From contig JAXMBS010000010.1 of assembly GCA_046349775.1 (NCBI GenBank), positions 37,601 to 101,600 on the forward strand: a stretch of DNA of 64,000 nt, given 5' to 3'. The notes under the pieces are model-generated. The model made no database searches. It worked only from the letters and a program-made list of their open reading frames with translations, and was not told the DNA's origin. Both the position numbers and the translations under genes were made by a program. Origin of the DNA: Planctomycetaceae bacterium. GTDB taxonomy: Bacteria; Planctomycetota; Planctomycetia; Planctomycetales; Planctomycetaceae. Below, one piece after another: positions 48,351-58,489 of the stretch (its first letter is position 1; the number at the start of each line of letters is the position of its first letter).

Positions 48351-48932
48351 TCATAGATCTGCGAACACATCCTTGACAGTGACTTTCAGTCCCGGCAAAT
48401 GCGGATCACCGATGAGATCTTCATCGCCGGAGAACATTTCCGGAGTCGCATCCGGCCGATGGACCACCACCGTCCGAAAATGCGGGTCGACAATCCACAC
48501 CAGCGGCACGCCGGCGGTGAGATAGTCGCTGACTTTTTCCTGAATATGTTCCAGCATGTCGCTCGGCGAGAGAATCTCCACCGCCTGGAGTGGAGCACAA
48601 GTAAACAGCGTGGTCTTGTCTTCCAATTTGGGAATTGCATTTTGCTGGAACACGGCGACATCCGTCCCGACGATCGTGTCCGGCTTTCGTCGCAAGAAAC
48701 TGCCCGCTTCCCCGGATGCAATCCGAAATCCACCAGACTTGCGCGTTCGACACCATTGCTTCAAAATGTCCACGACATTCGATTCGACGGTACTGTGGAA
48801 CCAGCTTCGCCTCGTCATGGGCACCTCATACACGCGACCGCTGATCAGCATCCGCTCGACGTTTGGATCGTCGGGCAATGCCAGAAACTCTTCCGCCGTC
48901 ATCAGCTTGTCAGTGGCAGTCGTGACCGACAT
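48351..48932 (-). CDS. Uma2 (DUF820) family putative restriction-endonuclease-like protein
   Basis: MTAEEFLALPDD ... ERMLISGRVYEV ... PDTIVGTDVAV ... APLQAVEILSPSD ... YLTAGVPLVWIVDP matches the Uma2 PD-(D/E)xK-like consensus. The upstream ORF-track extension is rejected. Confidence 0.75.
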   Translation of the reverse strand: MSVTTATDKLMTAEEFLALPDDPNVERMLISGRVYEVPMTRRSWFHSTVESNVVDILKQWCRTRKSGGFRIASGEAGSFLRRKPDTIVGTDVAVFQQNAIPKLEDKTTLFTCAPLQAVEILSPSDMLEHIQEKVSDYLTAGVPLVWIVDPHFRTVVVHRPDATPEMFSGDEDLIGDPHLPGLKVTVKDVFADL

Positions 48933-49057
48933 CGTTCCGCTCCCTTGAATTGAGTCCGCGATCGTATTGTAGCGGACACTCCAAGCCTCGCGAACAATCA
49001 AAAAAGCGTCCCGGACGCTCACTGCGTCCGGGACGCTCGAAGATGCGGGCTCAACGG

Positions 49058-51454
49058 TCATCGGCGGAGCGCGGTCACGCCGTTCGTTTCGACGCCATTG
49101 TCGTCCACGATCATCGACTCCATCACCGGCGTCGCCAGCTTGTCGCTGAATTCCTTGAGCCGCGCCAGCTCCGGCGAGTCCTGGAACGTGAATCCCGATT
49201 TCTCGCCGACCAGCAGGCTCAAGAGCGTGCCGACCAGTCCGTGGCCGTTCGCACCGTTGCCGTTGTGGCCGTCTCCGCTCACAAACAGACGCTCCGGCAC
49301 CAGCGGCTGCTCGCTCTCGGACAGTTCCTCGGCGACACGCGCCGCGGCGTACAGCCGCGGATCGCCATAGGCGCTGACCTTGCGCAGCAGCACTGAAGCT
49401 TCCGCCAGACCCACCTGCAGCGCGCGACGGCTCTCGCCTTTGCCCGCCAGCAGTTGCTTCTGACATTCCGCTTCGGCCAGCACGACATTCTGCTCCGCCT
49501 GCCGGCGCGATCGCGCCAGTTCGGCGTCGGCGACCACCACCGTCTGCTCCGCCTGCTTGCGGGCGCGGACGAGCTCCGCTTCCGCCTGGCTTTCGGAGAT
49601 CTGCACCTGGACACGCTGGTTGGTGAGTTGGATCTGCATCTGGGCCTGTGCCTGCGCTTCGTTCAGCGCCCGCAGCTTCTCCGCCGCGACACGCTGCCGC
49701 TCGTAGGTTTCCAACTGCTCGACCGACAACTGCCTCAATCGCAACTGCTCCAGCAGCTGTTCGATCTTGCCGCTGCCTTCTTCGGTCGCCGGCTTGCCGA
49801 TCAGCACGTCCACGCATTCGATGTCGAATTCGTGGAACCGCCGGCGCAACTCCTCCCGCGCTTCCTGCTGAATTACGTCACGTTCATGCAGCAGTTCCAG
49901 CATCGTCTTCTTGTGAGCCACGTCACGGAAAAACGCACTCAGCAGCGGATCGAGGGTCTGGGTGATCAGTTTCTTGACGTCTCCGAATCGTTGAATGACG
50001 CTCGGCGCACGCTGGTAGTCGATGTGCACCACCACTGAGAGCGGCAGCAACGGTTCATACGCGTCCTTGGTAACAAGGTCGATTGAACGCAGAGTTTCGT
50101 CATACTTGTGTGTTTCCGTCCGGCCGGTGATCCAGTGCAGGACGAAGTTCGTCGTCGGCACCAGCACCACGCAGCCGGCCTGAGTGTTAAACGGATACTT
50201 GCCCGGACCGAGCGGACGTTCCCACACACCGCGCTCCCCTTCGGCGACCAGTTCGCCGTGACGGAACGCATCGCCGGACCGGTCGCGGCCGTGCCGACCG
50301 AAATAGCTGACGACGACGCCCACATGGCCGATCGGCACCAGCGTTTTCGGAATCAGCTTCACCGTCGCGAACCATCGGTTGATGAAATACGTACCGTCGG
50401 TCAACGGCACATACTGGCAACCGCGTCGTCCGCCTGCCCACAGGAACGCCTCCGGGTCCTGGTAGTTGTTGTGATATCCCTGCGCTTCGACATGGGTTCC
50501 GGCCGGCGGCGCGATGATCTCACCCGGCTCCAGCGACGGGCCGTCGTGGACGGTCACGATGCCGATCGAGTCGACCATCACCTCAGTGTCGTTGATCGGG
50601 TCCACGGCCTTCACCTGCCGGCCGACGACGACCGGATCGAAGCCGCGAATGTCGGTCAGTTCCTGGCTCCATTTCTGAACGACCGCCCGTTCCTGCGCCG
50701 TTTGCAGACGCGGCAGCGCAAACAGCGCGTCCTCCGTCATCACGACAAACAGGGCCGGGTTGATCGCATATACGCCTTCGCGCAGGATCGCCCGCTGGCG
50801 ACCGCGCTGTCCTAGTAACACCTCGTCCTTCTCATTCGTGATGCCGTTCAGGAACGCCCGCGCGTCCTGGAACTGGTTGCAGTCAATCACCCGACCCAGG
50901 GTCTGCTGCGGCGGCAGCGGTTGGCCGTCACGCGCGTAGACGTACCCGATTTTCCCCTGCGGGATCGTCACCAGCCGCGTCACGTGCACCGCATGCTGCC
51001 ACCGCCACAGGCCCAGGTGGATGCCACCGCGCAACAGGTCGGCCTGGAAGCCGGCCTCACCGTCGAGGGCGACAATCTGCCCCTCCGGCACTGAACCGTT
51101 GAACGACCACAGCTTCTCCACGACGCCCACCGCATTGTTTGGAATGCGGCGCATTGTCAGCCAGCAGCCAAACCCGACGAGCAGTAACAGCATCATCAGG
51201 CCCATCGCGGCGCTGAACAGCGGCTTCGCCGCCGGAAACTCCGCCATGAAGGTCTGCGCCGCCATCACACCGTCGGCCAGCGACAACGGAACCTGCAACC
51301 CGCACATCTGGAACAGGAGCAACATGGCAATTCCTCCTTGGGGGTGTGACACCGCATGGACGATGATCGCAGCCCGGATCGCGAGCGCACTTGAGCCCCC
51401 ACTGACGGCCGTCCGTGTGGGCTTATCGGGTGCCACTGGCTCTGCCAGTGCCAA
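49058..51454 (-). CDS. Flotillin-like SPFH/Band-7 family protein (YqiK-type) with long Q/A/E-rich coiled coil
   Basis: N-terminal membrane helix. SPFH core. About 150 aa of QAEQ/AEAE heptad-type repeats typical of flotillins. Confidence 0.75.
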   Translation of the reverse strand: MALAEPVAPDKPTRTAVSGGSSALAIRAAIIVHAVSHPQGGIAMLLLFQMCGLQVPLSLADGVMAAQTFMAEFPAAKPLFSAAMGLMMLLLLVGFGCWLTMRRIPNNAVGVVEKLWSFNGSVPEGQIVALDGEAGFQADLLRGGIHLGLWRWQHAVHVTRLVTIPQGKIGYVYARDGQPLPPQQTLGRVIDCNQFQDARAFLNGITNEKDEVLLGQRGRQRAILREGVYAINPALFVVMTEDALFALPRLQTAQERAVVQKWSQELTDIRGFDPVVVGRQVKAVDPINDTEVMVDSIGIVTVHDGPSLEPGEIIAPPAGTHVEAQGYHNNYQDPEAFLWAGGRRGCQYVPLTDGTYFINRWFATVKLIPKTLVPIGHVGVVVSYFGRHGRDRSGDAFRHGELVAEGERGVWERPLGPGKYPFNTQAGCVVLVPTTNFVLHWITGRTETHKYDETLRSIDLVTKDAYEPLLPLSVVVHIDYQRAPSVIQRFGDVKKLITQTLDPLLSAFFRDVAHKKTMLELLHERDVIQQEAREELRRRFHEFDIECVDVLIGKPATEEGSGKIEQLLEQLRLRQLSVEQLETYERQRVAAEKLRALNEAQAQAQMQIQLTNQRVQVQISESQAEAELVRARKQAEQTVVVADAELARSRRQAEQNVVLAEAECQKQLLAGKGESRRALQVGLAEASVLLRKVSAYGDPRLYAAARVAEELSESEQPLVPERLFVSGDGHNGNGANGHGLVGTLLSLLVGEKSGFTFQDSPELARLKEFSDKLATPVMESMIVDDNGVETNGVTALRR

Positions 51455-51502
51455 TGAGCAAGGGGCTCAGTTGGAGAACACGGGCAAAGCCCGTGGCACC
51501 CC
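51427..51502 (-). repeat. About 75-nt double-hairpin element, copy 2 (inverted relative to 39983-40057)
   Basis: GGGTGCCACTGGCTCTGCCAGTGCC ... CACGGGCAAAGCCCGTGGCACCCC. Reverse-complement alignment to copy 1. Confidence 0.6.
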
Positions 51503-51949
51503 GCGTGTTGTTTGCGTTCAGCCGCAGCGCGGCCGACCTGCGATCAGCGTCCCCGGCATCGTGACACCCCAACCGTGTGGACAGGGCTCATCGCCGCGAG
51601 GTGATCGCGCGAGAATGCCCTTTCAAATCTGGCCGAAACGACACGTTTCGACCGCCGGCGAGGTGAGCTGTCGGGCTAGGGCTTGAAAGTACCCCGAATC
51701 GCACGCGCGACTCTGCGCCCCAAGGACTGCATCGCAATCCACATTTGGGTCCCCCGCTTCGACTCCGATCGAGGAGCCGAATTAGGCTGCGGAGGAAATT
51801 ATACCATTTCTGCAGGACACTGCCGTTCGCACTATGCCGATTGTGTCAGAACGTGGATTCGCCACGAGAGTTGCGTCAAAGCGATTTTCGTTGCAGCGAA
51901 GCCGTTAGATGTCGCACCGCCTGGTTCCGCTCGGCGATTGCGCACTTGG

Positions 51950-51996
51950 CATTCAATTCCTCATTCGACATTTGGTCATTCCACCATTCTCCCACG
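51950..51996 (-). promoter_or_regulatory. GAATG-periodic array, copy C (reverse-complement GGAGAATGGTGGAATGACCAAATGTCGAATGAGGAATTGAATGCC)
   Basis: Shares an exact 21-mer with copy A and about 80 percent identity with copy B. Sits in the 567-nt leader between a membrane-protein gene and the flotillin gene. Confidence 0.4.
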
Positions 51997-52021
51997 TGTT
52001 ATCGGCTCTCAGCTTTCCCCT

Positions 52022-52705
52022 TCAACTCGGCGGCGCCGAGAGTGCATCAATCACGGCCCGGTCCGACCCGTCCCCCTCAAACAGCTTGCGGTTCCGCGGC
52101 GTCAGCAGATAGCCGATGCACGTCGCGTACGCTGCACACTTCAAGAACGCCCAGCCGAAAATGAACGCAAACCCGATCGCTGCACCGGCCTGCATGGCAC
52201 TGGAGGTCATGGCTCGGGCACCCGGCGGAGCGCTGCCGGGCACAGTTAACATGGCCTGATTCATCTGCTGCACCATAATTGCCTGCGTGTCGTGCTGCGT
52301 CGCATAGCCAATATACGATGCGATCAACGCATGCAGAATGCCGGCCGAGAACCCGGCAATCATCCACAAGTGCGCCCGAGGCTTCAGGTTGAGTCCTCTG
52401 ATTCCACCGAAAATCAAACCCACGACGGCCGCTGCGGAAACGAACATGGCGGCCACGCCAGGCACGATCCATTTGTTCTGGACTTTGACCAGTTCATTCA
52501 TCATCGCTTCATTCTGCTTCTGCATCTGCTGCAACTGCGGCGTTTGCGGGGCGCCGGACATGACGGTCTTCTGAAAATCCTGGCTCAATTTCATAATCGT
52601 CGACCGAAACATCAGGCCACCGCATCCTGCGACGACGGCGAAGCCCCCAAGTACTCCGACGATCAGCGAAATAATGCACACTGCTGTCAGCCCGGCGGGA
52701 CGCAT
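52022..52705 (-). CDS. Hypothetical membrane protein (about 6 TM, Gln/Met-rich cytoplasmic loop)
   Basis: Hydrophobic helices flank a QTPQLQQMQKQNEAMMNELVKVQNKW low-complexity loop. Upstream of flotillin on the same strand. Confidence 0.5.
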   Translation of the reverse strand: MRPAGLTAVCIISLIVGVLGGFAVVAGCGGLMFRSTIMKLSQDFQKTVMSGAPQTPQLQQMQKQNEAMMNELVKVQNKWIVPGVAAMFVSAAAVVGLIFGGIRGLNLKPRAHLWMIAGFSAGILHALIASYIGYATQHDTQAIMVQQMNQAMLTVPGSAPPGARAMTSSAMQAGAAIGFAFIFGWAFLKCAAYATCIGYLLTPRNRKLFEGDGSDRAVIDALSAPPS

Positions 52706-52869
52706 GGTGTTCTCCGGTTAGGGTTCCTGCTCGATCATAACCCGTGGACGGCCGAATTTCGCAAGCGGTCGCCGCCGGCCCCGGCATCGTTTAAGATCGG
52801 AGCGACTATCCGGACCGTGGCGCCAGCCATTCGCCGGATCAACCGAATTCTTACTCGCCAGCGACGCAA

Positions 52870-54267
52870 GTGCCGACACTCGACCTGCCCATTGTGACGT
52901 CCGATCCCGCTCCGGCCGCAACTTCGCCGGAGTTCAGCAAGGGGACCTACGCCTTCGTCTCCCTCGGCTGTCCCAAGAACCTTGTCGACAGCGAGAAAAT
53001 GCTCGGCGCGCTGGCCCTCGACGGCTACACGCTGGTGACCGATCCCGATGGCGCCGACTTTGTGATCGTCAACACCTGCGGCTTCATCGAGCAGTCGCGG
53101 GCCGAATCCAAGTCCGTGATCCGCGAGATGCTCGACCTGAAGAAAGACGGCCGCACGAAAGGCGTCATCGTCGCGGGCTGTCTCCCGGAGCGCGTGGGCG
53201 GTTCGCTGCTCGATGAAATGCCGGAGATCGACCACATCGTTGGCGTCTGGGGTCGCGACGAAATCCACCGCGTGGCCGACCGCCTCGTCGGCGGAGTGCG
53301 CGAACAGCGACAGCTCTTCCGCCCTGCTCCCATCCGTGCGCTCGACGACCGCGCGCGACTGCGCATCACTCCGCAGCATTACGCCTATCTCAAGATCTCC
53401 GAAGGCTGTGACCGGACCTGCACCTTCTGCGCGATCCCCAAGATGCGCGGCAAGCACGTCACCAAACCGATCGAGCAGGTCGTCGCCGAAGCCCGCGAAC
53501 TCGCCGCCGACGGCGTGCGCGAGCTCATCCTTGTCGCCCAGGACACCACCTACTACGGCATGGACCTCTACGGCGAAGTCCGGCTCGTGGAACTGCTGCA
53601 GGAGCTGGAGCAAGTCGACGGCCTCGACTGGCTGCGCCTGATGTACTTGTATCCGGTCAACTTCACCGACCGACTCATCGACCAGATCGCCGGCTCGCAG
53701 CGCATTCTCCCTTACCTCGACATGCCGCTGCAGCACATCAACAGCCAGTTGCTCAAGCGCATGCAGCGCCGCGTCAATCGCGACCAGACAGTGACGCTTG
53801 TGGAGAAGCTCCGCGAACGAATTCCCAACCTCGTCCTGCGGACGACATTTATTGTCGGCTTCCCCGGCGAGACGGACGAACAATTCAACGAGCTGCGTCA
53901 ATTTGTGGTCGACACGCATTTCGAGCGGATGGGAGTGTTCACGTTTTCGCCTGAGCCGGGAACGCCGGCGATGAAGCTCGAGGACCACCTGCCCGACGAC
54001 GTCAAAGAGGCCCGCCGTGACGAGCTCATGGCCGTTCAGCAGGAGATCGCGTTCAACTTCGGCGATTCGCTCGTCGGCTATGAACTCGACTGCCTGATCG
54101 ACGAACAGCTCGACGGCGACACCTGGACTGGTCGCACCTACGCCGACGCCCCCGAAATCGACGGCACAGTCGTCGTCCAGGGCCAGGGACTTCAGCCCGG
54201 TTCGCTGATTCCCGTAGAGATCGTACAGCGGCAGGACTATGATCTGGTGGGGGTGGCGGCAAGCTGA
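52870..54267 (+). CDS. rimO: Ribosomal protein S12 methylthiotransferase
   Basis: MTTase N-domain (FVSLGCPKNLVDSE). Radical-SAM CTFCAIP cluster. C-terminal TRAM domain. Confidence 0.85.
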   Translation: MPTLDLPIVTSDPAPAATSPEFSKGTYAFVSLGCPKNLVDSEKMLGALALDGYTLVTDPDGADFVIVNTCGFIEQSRAESKSVIREMLDLKKDGRTKGVIVAGCLPERVGGSLLDEMPEIDHIVGVWGRDEIHRVADRLVGGVREQRQLFRPAPIRALDDRARLRITPQHYAYLKISEGCDRTCTFCAIPKMRGKHVTKPIEQVVAEARELAADGVRELILVAQDTTYYGMDLYGEVRLVELLQELEQVDGLDWLRLMYLYPVNFTDRLIDQIAGSQRILPYLDMPLQHINSQLLKRMQRRVNRDQTVTLVEKLRERIPNLVLRTTFIVGFPGETDEQFNELRQFVVDTHFERMGVFTFSPEPGTPAMKLEDHLPDDVKEARRDELMAVQQEIAFNFGDSLVGYELDCLIDEQLDGDTWTGRTYADAPEIDGTVVVQGQGLQPGSLIPVEIVQRQDYDLVGVAAS

Positions 54268-54314
54268 TTGCAGACGCCCCAGGAGCCGCCGTCGTCGATC
54301 ACTTTCCGGTTACC

Positions 54315-54974
54315 ATGCCCAGCGGTCCGCAGACACTCGAATCAACCCGTGCCAGCGAGGTTGCGATGCGCCTGCGGCACCAGGCGCTCAACGCGCCGAA
54401 CATTATTACGCTTTCCCGCCTGATTCTGTCGGTCGTTCTGTTCGCCCTGATCGACATGGGGGGCTCGTGGCGGACGGCGACCGCGGTGTTCATTGTCGCT
54501 GCCAGCACCGATTTCCTCGACGGCTACATTGCCCGCAAATACGGTCTCGTTACCGTCCTCGGACGCGTCCTCGACCCGTTCGTCGACAAGATCATCATCT
54601 GCGGCGCGTTCGTCTTCCTGCAGAAGTGGCCGAGCAGCGGCGTCACCGCGTGGATCACGTTCATCGTGCTGGCCCGCGAAATGTTCATCACCAGCTTGCG
54701 GACGTTCCTGGAGCAGCGCGGACAGGACTTCTCCGCCAAGTGGAGCGGCAAGATCAAGATGATCCTGCAATGCGTGGCGGTGCCGGCGTGTCTACTGTCG
54801 CTCAGTCCCGAGTTTCGGGCGTGGCTGGAACCGCGAATCTCCATCGAGACGTTTTTCCACTTTCGCGATCTCTGTCTGTATGCGGCCGTGGCCGCGACGA
54901 TCTATAGCGGCGCCGAGTACACCTGGCGCGCCGCGCGGCTGCTCGCCCGCGTGGATCAGAACCCGAAATCGTGA
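54315..54974 (+). CDS. pgsA: CDP-diacylglycerol--glycerol-3-phosphate 3-phosphatidyltransferase
   Basis: CDP-alcohol phosphatidyltransferase motif DFLDGYIARKYGLVTVLGRVLDPFVDK. Confidence 0.8.
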   Translation: MPSGPQTLESTRASEVAMRLRHQALNAPNIITLSRLILSVVLFALIDMGGSWRTATAVFIVAASTDFLDGYIARKYGLVTVLGRVLDPFVDKIIICGAFVFLQKWPSSGVTAWITFIVLAREMFITSLRTFLEQRGQDFSAKWSGKIKMILQCVAVPACLLSLSPEFRAWLEPRISIETFFHFRDLCLYAAVAATIYSGAEYTWRAARLLARVDQNPKS

Positions 54975-55462
54975 TGTCGCTCGACCCCACCCAGCCTGCT
55001 CCGGCCCGCGACACCGGGATGCGCGTCCTGCTGTTCGGCATGCTGGCCGCGGCGATCGTCCTGTCGGTGTTCGCCTGGTTGACTGGACCCGAAGCCCCGC
55101 CGGCGCCGATCGACGGGATCGAAGTCACGCTGACCGACGACAACTTCCAGCACGAGGTGCTCGATCAGCCGGGCTTCGTCCTGGTCGACTTCTGGTTTGA
55201 AAGCTGTCCCCCGTGCCGGCGCATGAAGCCTGTCGTCGCGCACCTGTCGGTCAACTATCGCGACCGGGTCAAAGTCGGCAAGCTGGATGTCGACGCATAC
55301 AACGACACGCCGCTGAAGCTCGGCCTACAGGCCTTTCCGACGCTCCTGCTGTACCACGACGGCCAGCTCCTCGCCCGCTGGGACGGGTACGGCGGACTGA
55401 AGGAAATGTCGCGCTGGCTCGACGAGCAGATCGCGTCTGTCGGTTCACCCGGCGGCGCCTGA
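54971..55462 (+). CDS. Membrane-anchored thioredoxin family protein
   Basis: One N-terminal TM helix. WFESCPPCRRMKP active-site CxxC in a thioredoxin-fold context. ATGA overlap with pgsA. Confidence 0.75.
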   Translation: MMSLDPTQPAPARDTGMRVLLFGMLAAAIVLSVFAWLTGPEAPPAPIDGIEVTLTDDNFQHEVLDQPGFVLVDFWFESCPPCRRMKPVVAHLSVNYRDRVKVGKLDVDAYNDTPLKLGLQAFPTLLLYHDGQLLARWDGYGGLKEMSRWLDEQIASVGSPGGA

Positions 55463-55484
55463 GACGCCTCGGAGCGATACTTCC

Positions 55485-56516
55485 GTGTGGCCTGCCACGA
55501 TCGACTCGGTCGAACAGCTCGATGAACTCCTGAGCCGTCCCGGTCCGGCGGCACTTGATGCGCTGCGCCGCAGTCCGGGCGATGTCCTCATTCTCGGCGC
55601 CGCAGGGAAAATGGGCCCGACACTCGGGCGGATGCTGCGCCGCGCCGCCGACGCAGTCGATCCTCCTCGTGGCATCATTGCCGTCAGCCGGTTCAGAGAT
55701 CCCGACTCGCGCGCACGATTCGCCGCTGTTGGGATCCAGACGATCGCGGGAGATCTCGCCGATCGTCATTTCGTCGAGAGTCTTCCCGACGTTCCGAACG
55801 TGTTCTTCCTGAGCGGCATGAAGTTCGGCGCCTCCGGTAACGAGCCGCTCACCTGGGGCATGAACGCCTGGGTGCCGGCCGTCGTCGCGGAGCGCTTCGC
55901 GCGGAGTCGGATCGTCGCCTTGTCGACCGGCAATGTGTACGGGCTGGTGCCGGTCTCGTCCGGCGGCTCGCGCGAGCCCGATCCCCCGGCGCCCGTCGGC
56001 GAGTACGCGATGAGCTGCGTCGCCCGCGAGCGGCTGTTTCAGTATTTCTGCGAGCGGAACTCCACGCCGACGGTCCTCATTCGCCTCAACTATGCAGTGG
56101 AACTGCGCTACGGCGTGCTGGTCGATCTCGCACAGCGGATCATTCGCGATGAGCCGGTCGACGTGTCGATGGGACATGTCAACGTGATCGGGCAAGGGGA
56201 CGCCTGCGACGCGATCATCGCATCCCTGGCCGATACCGCCGTTCCGGCCGACGTCCTCAACGTCGCGGGATCGGAAATCCTGAGCGTTCGAGTCCTCTCG
56301 CAGCGACTGGCGGAACTGCTCAACCGCTCGATCCGCTTCACCGGCAGCGAAGCGCCGGACGCATTGCTGAACAACGCGCGCCGTTGCCACGAGCGCTATG
56401 GACAGCCGCGGCAGTCCATAGACCAGGTGCTGGAGTGGACCGCCGACTGGCTGCGACGCAACGGCGCAACCCACGGCAAGCCGACACATTTCGAGTCCCG
56501 CAGCGGCCGCTTCTGA
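55485..56516 (+). CDS. NAD(P)-binding epimerase/dehydratase (extended SDR) family protein
   Basis: VLILGAAGKMGPTLGRML GxxGxxG Rossmann motif and SDR-length architecture. Confidence 0.7.
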   Translation: MWPATIDSVEQLDELLSRPGPAALDALRRSPGDVLILGAAGKMGPTLGRMLRRAADAVDPPRGIIAVSRFRDPDSRARFAAVGIQTIAGDLADRHFVESLPDVPNVFFLSGMKFGASGNEPLTWGMNAWVPAVVAERFARSRIVALSTGNVYGLVPVSSGGSREPDPPAPVGEYAMSCVARERLFQYFCERNSTPTVLIRLNYAVELRYGVLVDLAQRIIRDEPVDVSMGHVNVIGQGDACDAIIASLADTAVPADVLNVAGSEILSVRVLSQRLAELLNRSIRFTGSEAPDALLNNARRCHERYGQPRQSIDQVLEWTADWLRRNGATHGKPTHFESRSGRF

Positions 56517-56552
56517 GCTGTTGGAGTTCCGGCTTCAGGCGGAGCTCCAACG

Positions 56553-58175
56553 TTACTGCGGCATCGTTGGAACCGACGTCTCAATGTCGGTGAACTTGGC
56601 CGTCGGCCGTGCGGAGTCGAGGAGCAGCGGCGCCTTCGAGTCCGCGCGACTCAAGTTGCCCGCAGAGTCGCGCGCTTCGAGACGCAGGAAGACGGCCGCC
56701 AGCGCCTGTTCATCAACCGTCCACTGATACCGGCCGGAGTTGGGGATCCAGTCGGTCATCGCCCGCCACGGACCTTCCTTGGCCGGCGCCCAACTCAGCC
56801 GCACCGGTCGCGCGCCGAGTTGCTCATCGCGCACGGTCCATTCAATGTTGATTTCATTGCGGCTCGCCCCCTGGCCCGGGGTGACCTTTCCCAGGTCCGC
56901 CTGCGGCGGTTTGCGGTCCACCATGATGACAAACCCGGGCGCGTCCCCCGGTTGAGGCGGATCCTGAACAAGGCCGGCCCCGCTGCGTGCCCGGAGCACA
57001 AAGCCGTAAGCACCGTCGCGCGGGACCTCAACGGCGATCGGGCTGCGGCGGTCTTCGTCCGGCCCGTAGTAGTACCATTTGAGGCCGTTGTTCTCTGTGA
57101 TGTAGAGATCAACGCTTGAAACACCTGATGGGCCGACGTCTTCCAATTCGTATTGCACGTTGAATGCACGCGTGCGGACGAAACGCGACGGCGTGCCGGC
57201 GGGATCGGGCGTGTTTGCCGGCGCCGCCTCAGCCCGGAATGCCTCCGGCGTCTCCACCACGACCGGCGGCTGGCTTGATCCAATCACAGACCGCGACGCG
57301 ACCGGCACCGCCTGCTGCAACTGCGGGATTGGCGACAGCGGTCCGTCCTGACCATTGGGGATCACCACCGGTGCTTCATCGAGCGCGAGGTTCGATTCCG
57401 ATTCCTGCTCTGGACCGGCGACGGGCCGCCGGAAATCGGGCTTGGTCTTGGCCGGCTGGCTGTCGGGCTGCACTGGCGCGCTACGCGTCTCCTCGGTTGA
57501 GGCTTCGGCAGACGTGGAATTCCCCGCCTTGTCCGAGACGCTGCCCCGGACAAATACGCGGCCACCGCCCGCCACCGTCCAGGACGTTTCGCCCGACTCG
57601 GACGGGGTGATGTTCACGCGCTGCCACTCGGTCGTGTTCGGATCAAGGAACTCGAGCGTGAGGGTGTTCAGGTCGAGGTTGTCATCCGTGGCCTGCCACG
57701 TCAGCTCGATTTCGCCTGGTCGCGACTCGCGAACCTGGACATTGATTTGCGGTACTGTCTGATCCACCACGACCTGCAAGCCGGCCTGCGGAGGACCGGG
57801 TGGATGGAGCTGTCCCTGGCCATCTACGGTTCTCACAGCGAACCAGTATTCACCTTCGCCGGTCGCTTCGAAGGTGAAACGTCCCTCTCCGGGCGCCACC
57901 GATTGGGCATGCTGCCAGTGCCGCCCGCGATCAGTCGAGACAAACAGCCGGATCTCGACCGCCCCCAGCCGCGCCATCTCGTTCGCGTCGAACTGGAACG
58001 GAATGCGGAACTTGGGACGCGACGTGTGGATCGTCTGCGAGACCGGCGGAGCCGATTCGGCCGCTTGCGGCGGCGAGACTGCGCCGCCCGCCAGCAGGCC
58101 GCTGAGAATCAGTGGGCGGGACCAGGCTTGCGCCCGTGCGCGCAACGTCGTGTGGGATGCCATTCGACGGGTCAT
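56553..58175 (-). CDS. Secreted protein with two homologous globular domains separated by a Ser/Pro/Glu-rich linker
   Basis: Signal peptide. Domain 1 (FRIPFQFD ... LFVSTDRGRHW ... GEYWFAVRTVDGQG) and domain 2 (FNVQYELED ... LYITENNGLKWYY ... GAYGFVLRARSGAG) share the same motif order. Confidence 0.6.
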   Translation of the reverse strand: MTRRMASHTTLRARAQAWSRPLILSGLLAGGAVSPPQAAESAPPVSQTIHTSRPKFRIPFQFDANEMARLGAVEIRLFVSTDRGRHWQHAQSVAPGEGRFTFEATGEGEYWFAVRTVDGQGQLHPPGPPQAGLQVVVDQTVPQINVQVRESRPGEIELTWQATDDNLDLNTLTLEFLDPNTTEWQRVNITPSESGETSWTVAGGGRVFVRGSVSDKAGNSTSAEASTEETRSAPVQPDSQPAKTKPDFRRPVAGPEQESESNLALDEAPVVIPNGQDGPLSPIPQLQQAVPVASRSVIGSSQPPVVVETPEAFRAEAAPANTPDPAGTPSRFVRTRAFNVQYELEDVGPSGVSSVDLYITENNGLKWYYYGPDEDRRSPIAVEVPRDGAYGFVLRARSGAGLVQDPPQPGDAPGFVIMVDRKPPQADLGKVTPGQGASRNEINIEWTVRDEQLGARPVRLSWAPAKEGPWRAMTDWIPNSGRYQWTVDEQALAAVFLRLEARDSAGNLSRADSKAPLLLDSARPTAKFTDIETSVPTMPQ

Positions 58176-58489
58176 GGCTCTCTTGCCGGGACGTACCAGG
58201 GCTGATGCGTCACGGCCCCCCTGACGCAGAGACATGGCCGACGCTTGTCATGCGTGAAGCATCGGCACCAACTCCCCGCTCGCCGAAGCGCACGGGGTTT
58301 CCTCCCCTGTCGGTGGTATCGGCTGTAGCGCCCGCAGGGCTTGAGCGGAATCGTCGCCGCGAAACGGCCGCGCCGCGAATTCTGGCCGTAGCGGCAGCGC
58401 AAGTCACCACGGTGTCCCGGATCGTGGCTCGGATCGTCTTCTGTGGGAATTCGACGCTTGGTCGACTGACCGGGACAACCGACGCCGGG

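Noticed and set aside
48351-49817. 488-aa ORF-track extension of the Uma2 gene
   Set aside because: Only the last 193 codons match the Uma2 family. The extension is Arg/Gly/Ala-rich and would overlap the flotillin gene. The start is placed at 48932.
51683-52249. Plus-strand ORFs (188, 139 and 67 aa) in the flotillin leader
   Set aside because: They run antisense into the membrane-protein gene, have no ribosome-binding site and have Arg/Pro-rich composition. The region is better explained as a structured non-coding leader carrying two repeat elements.
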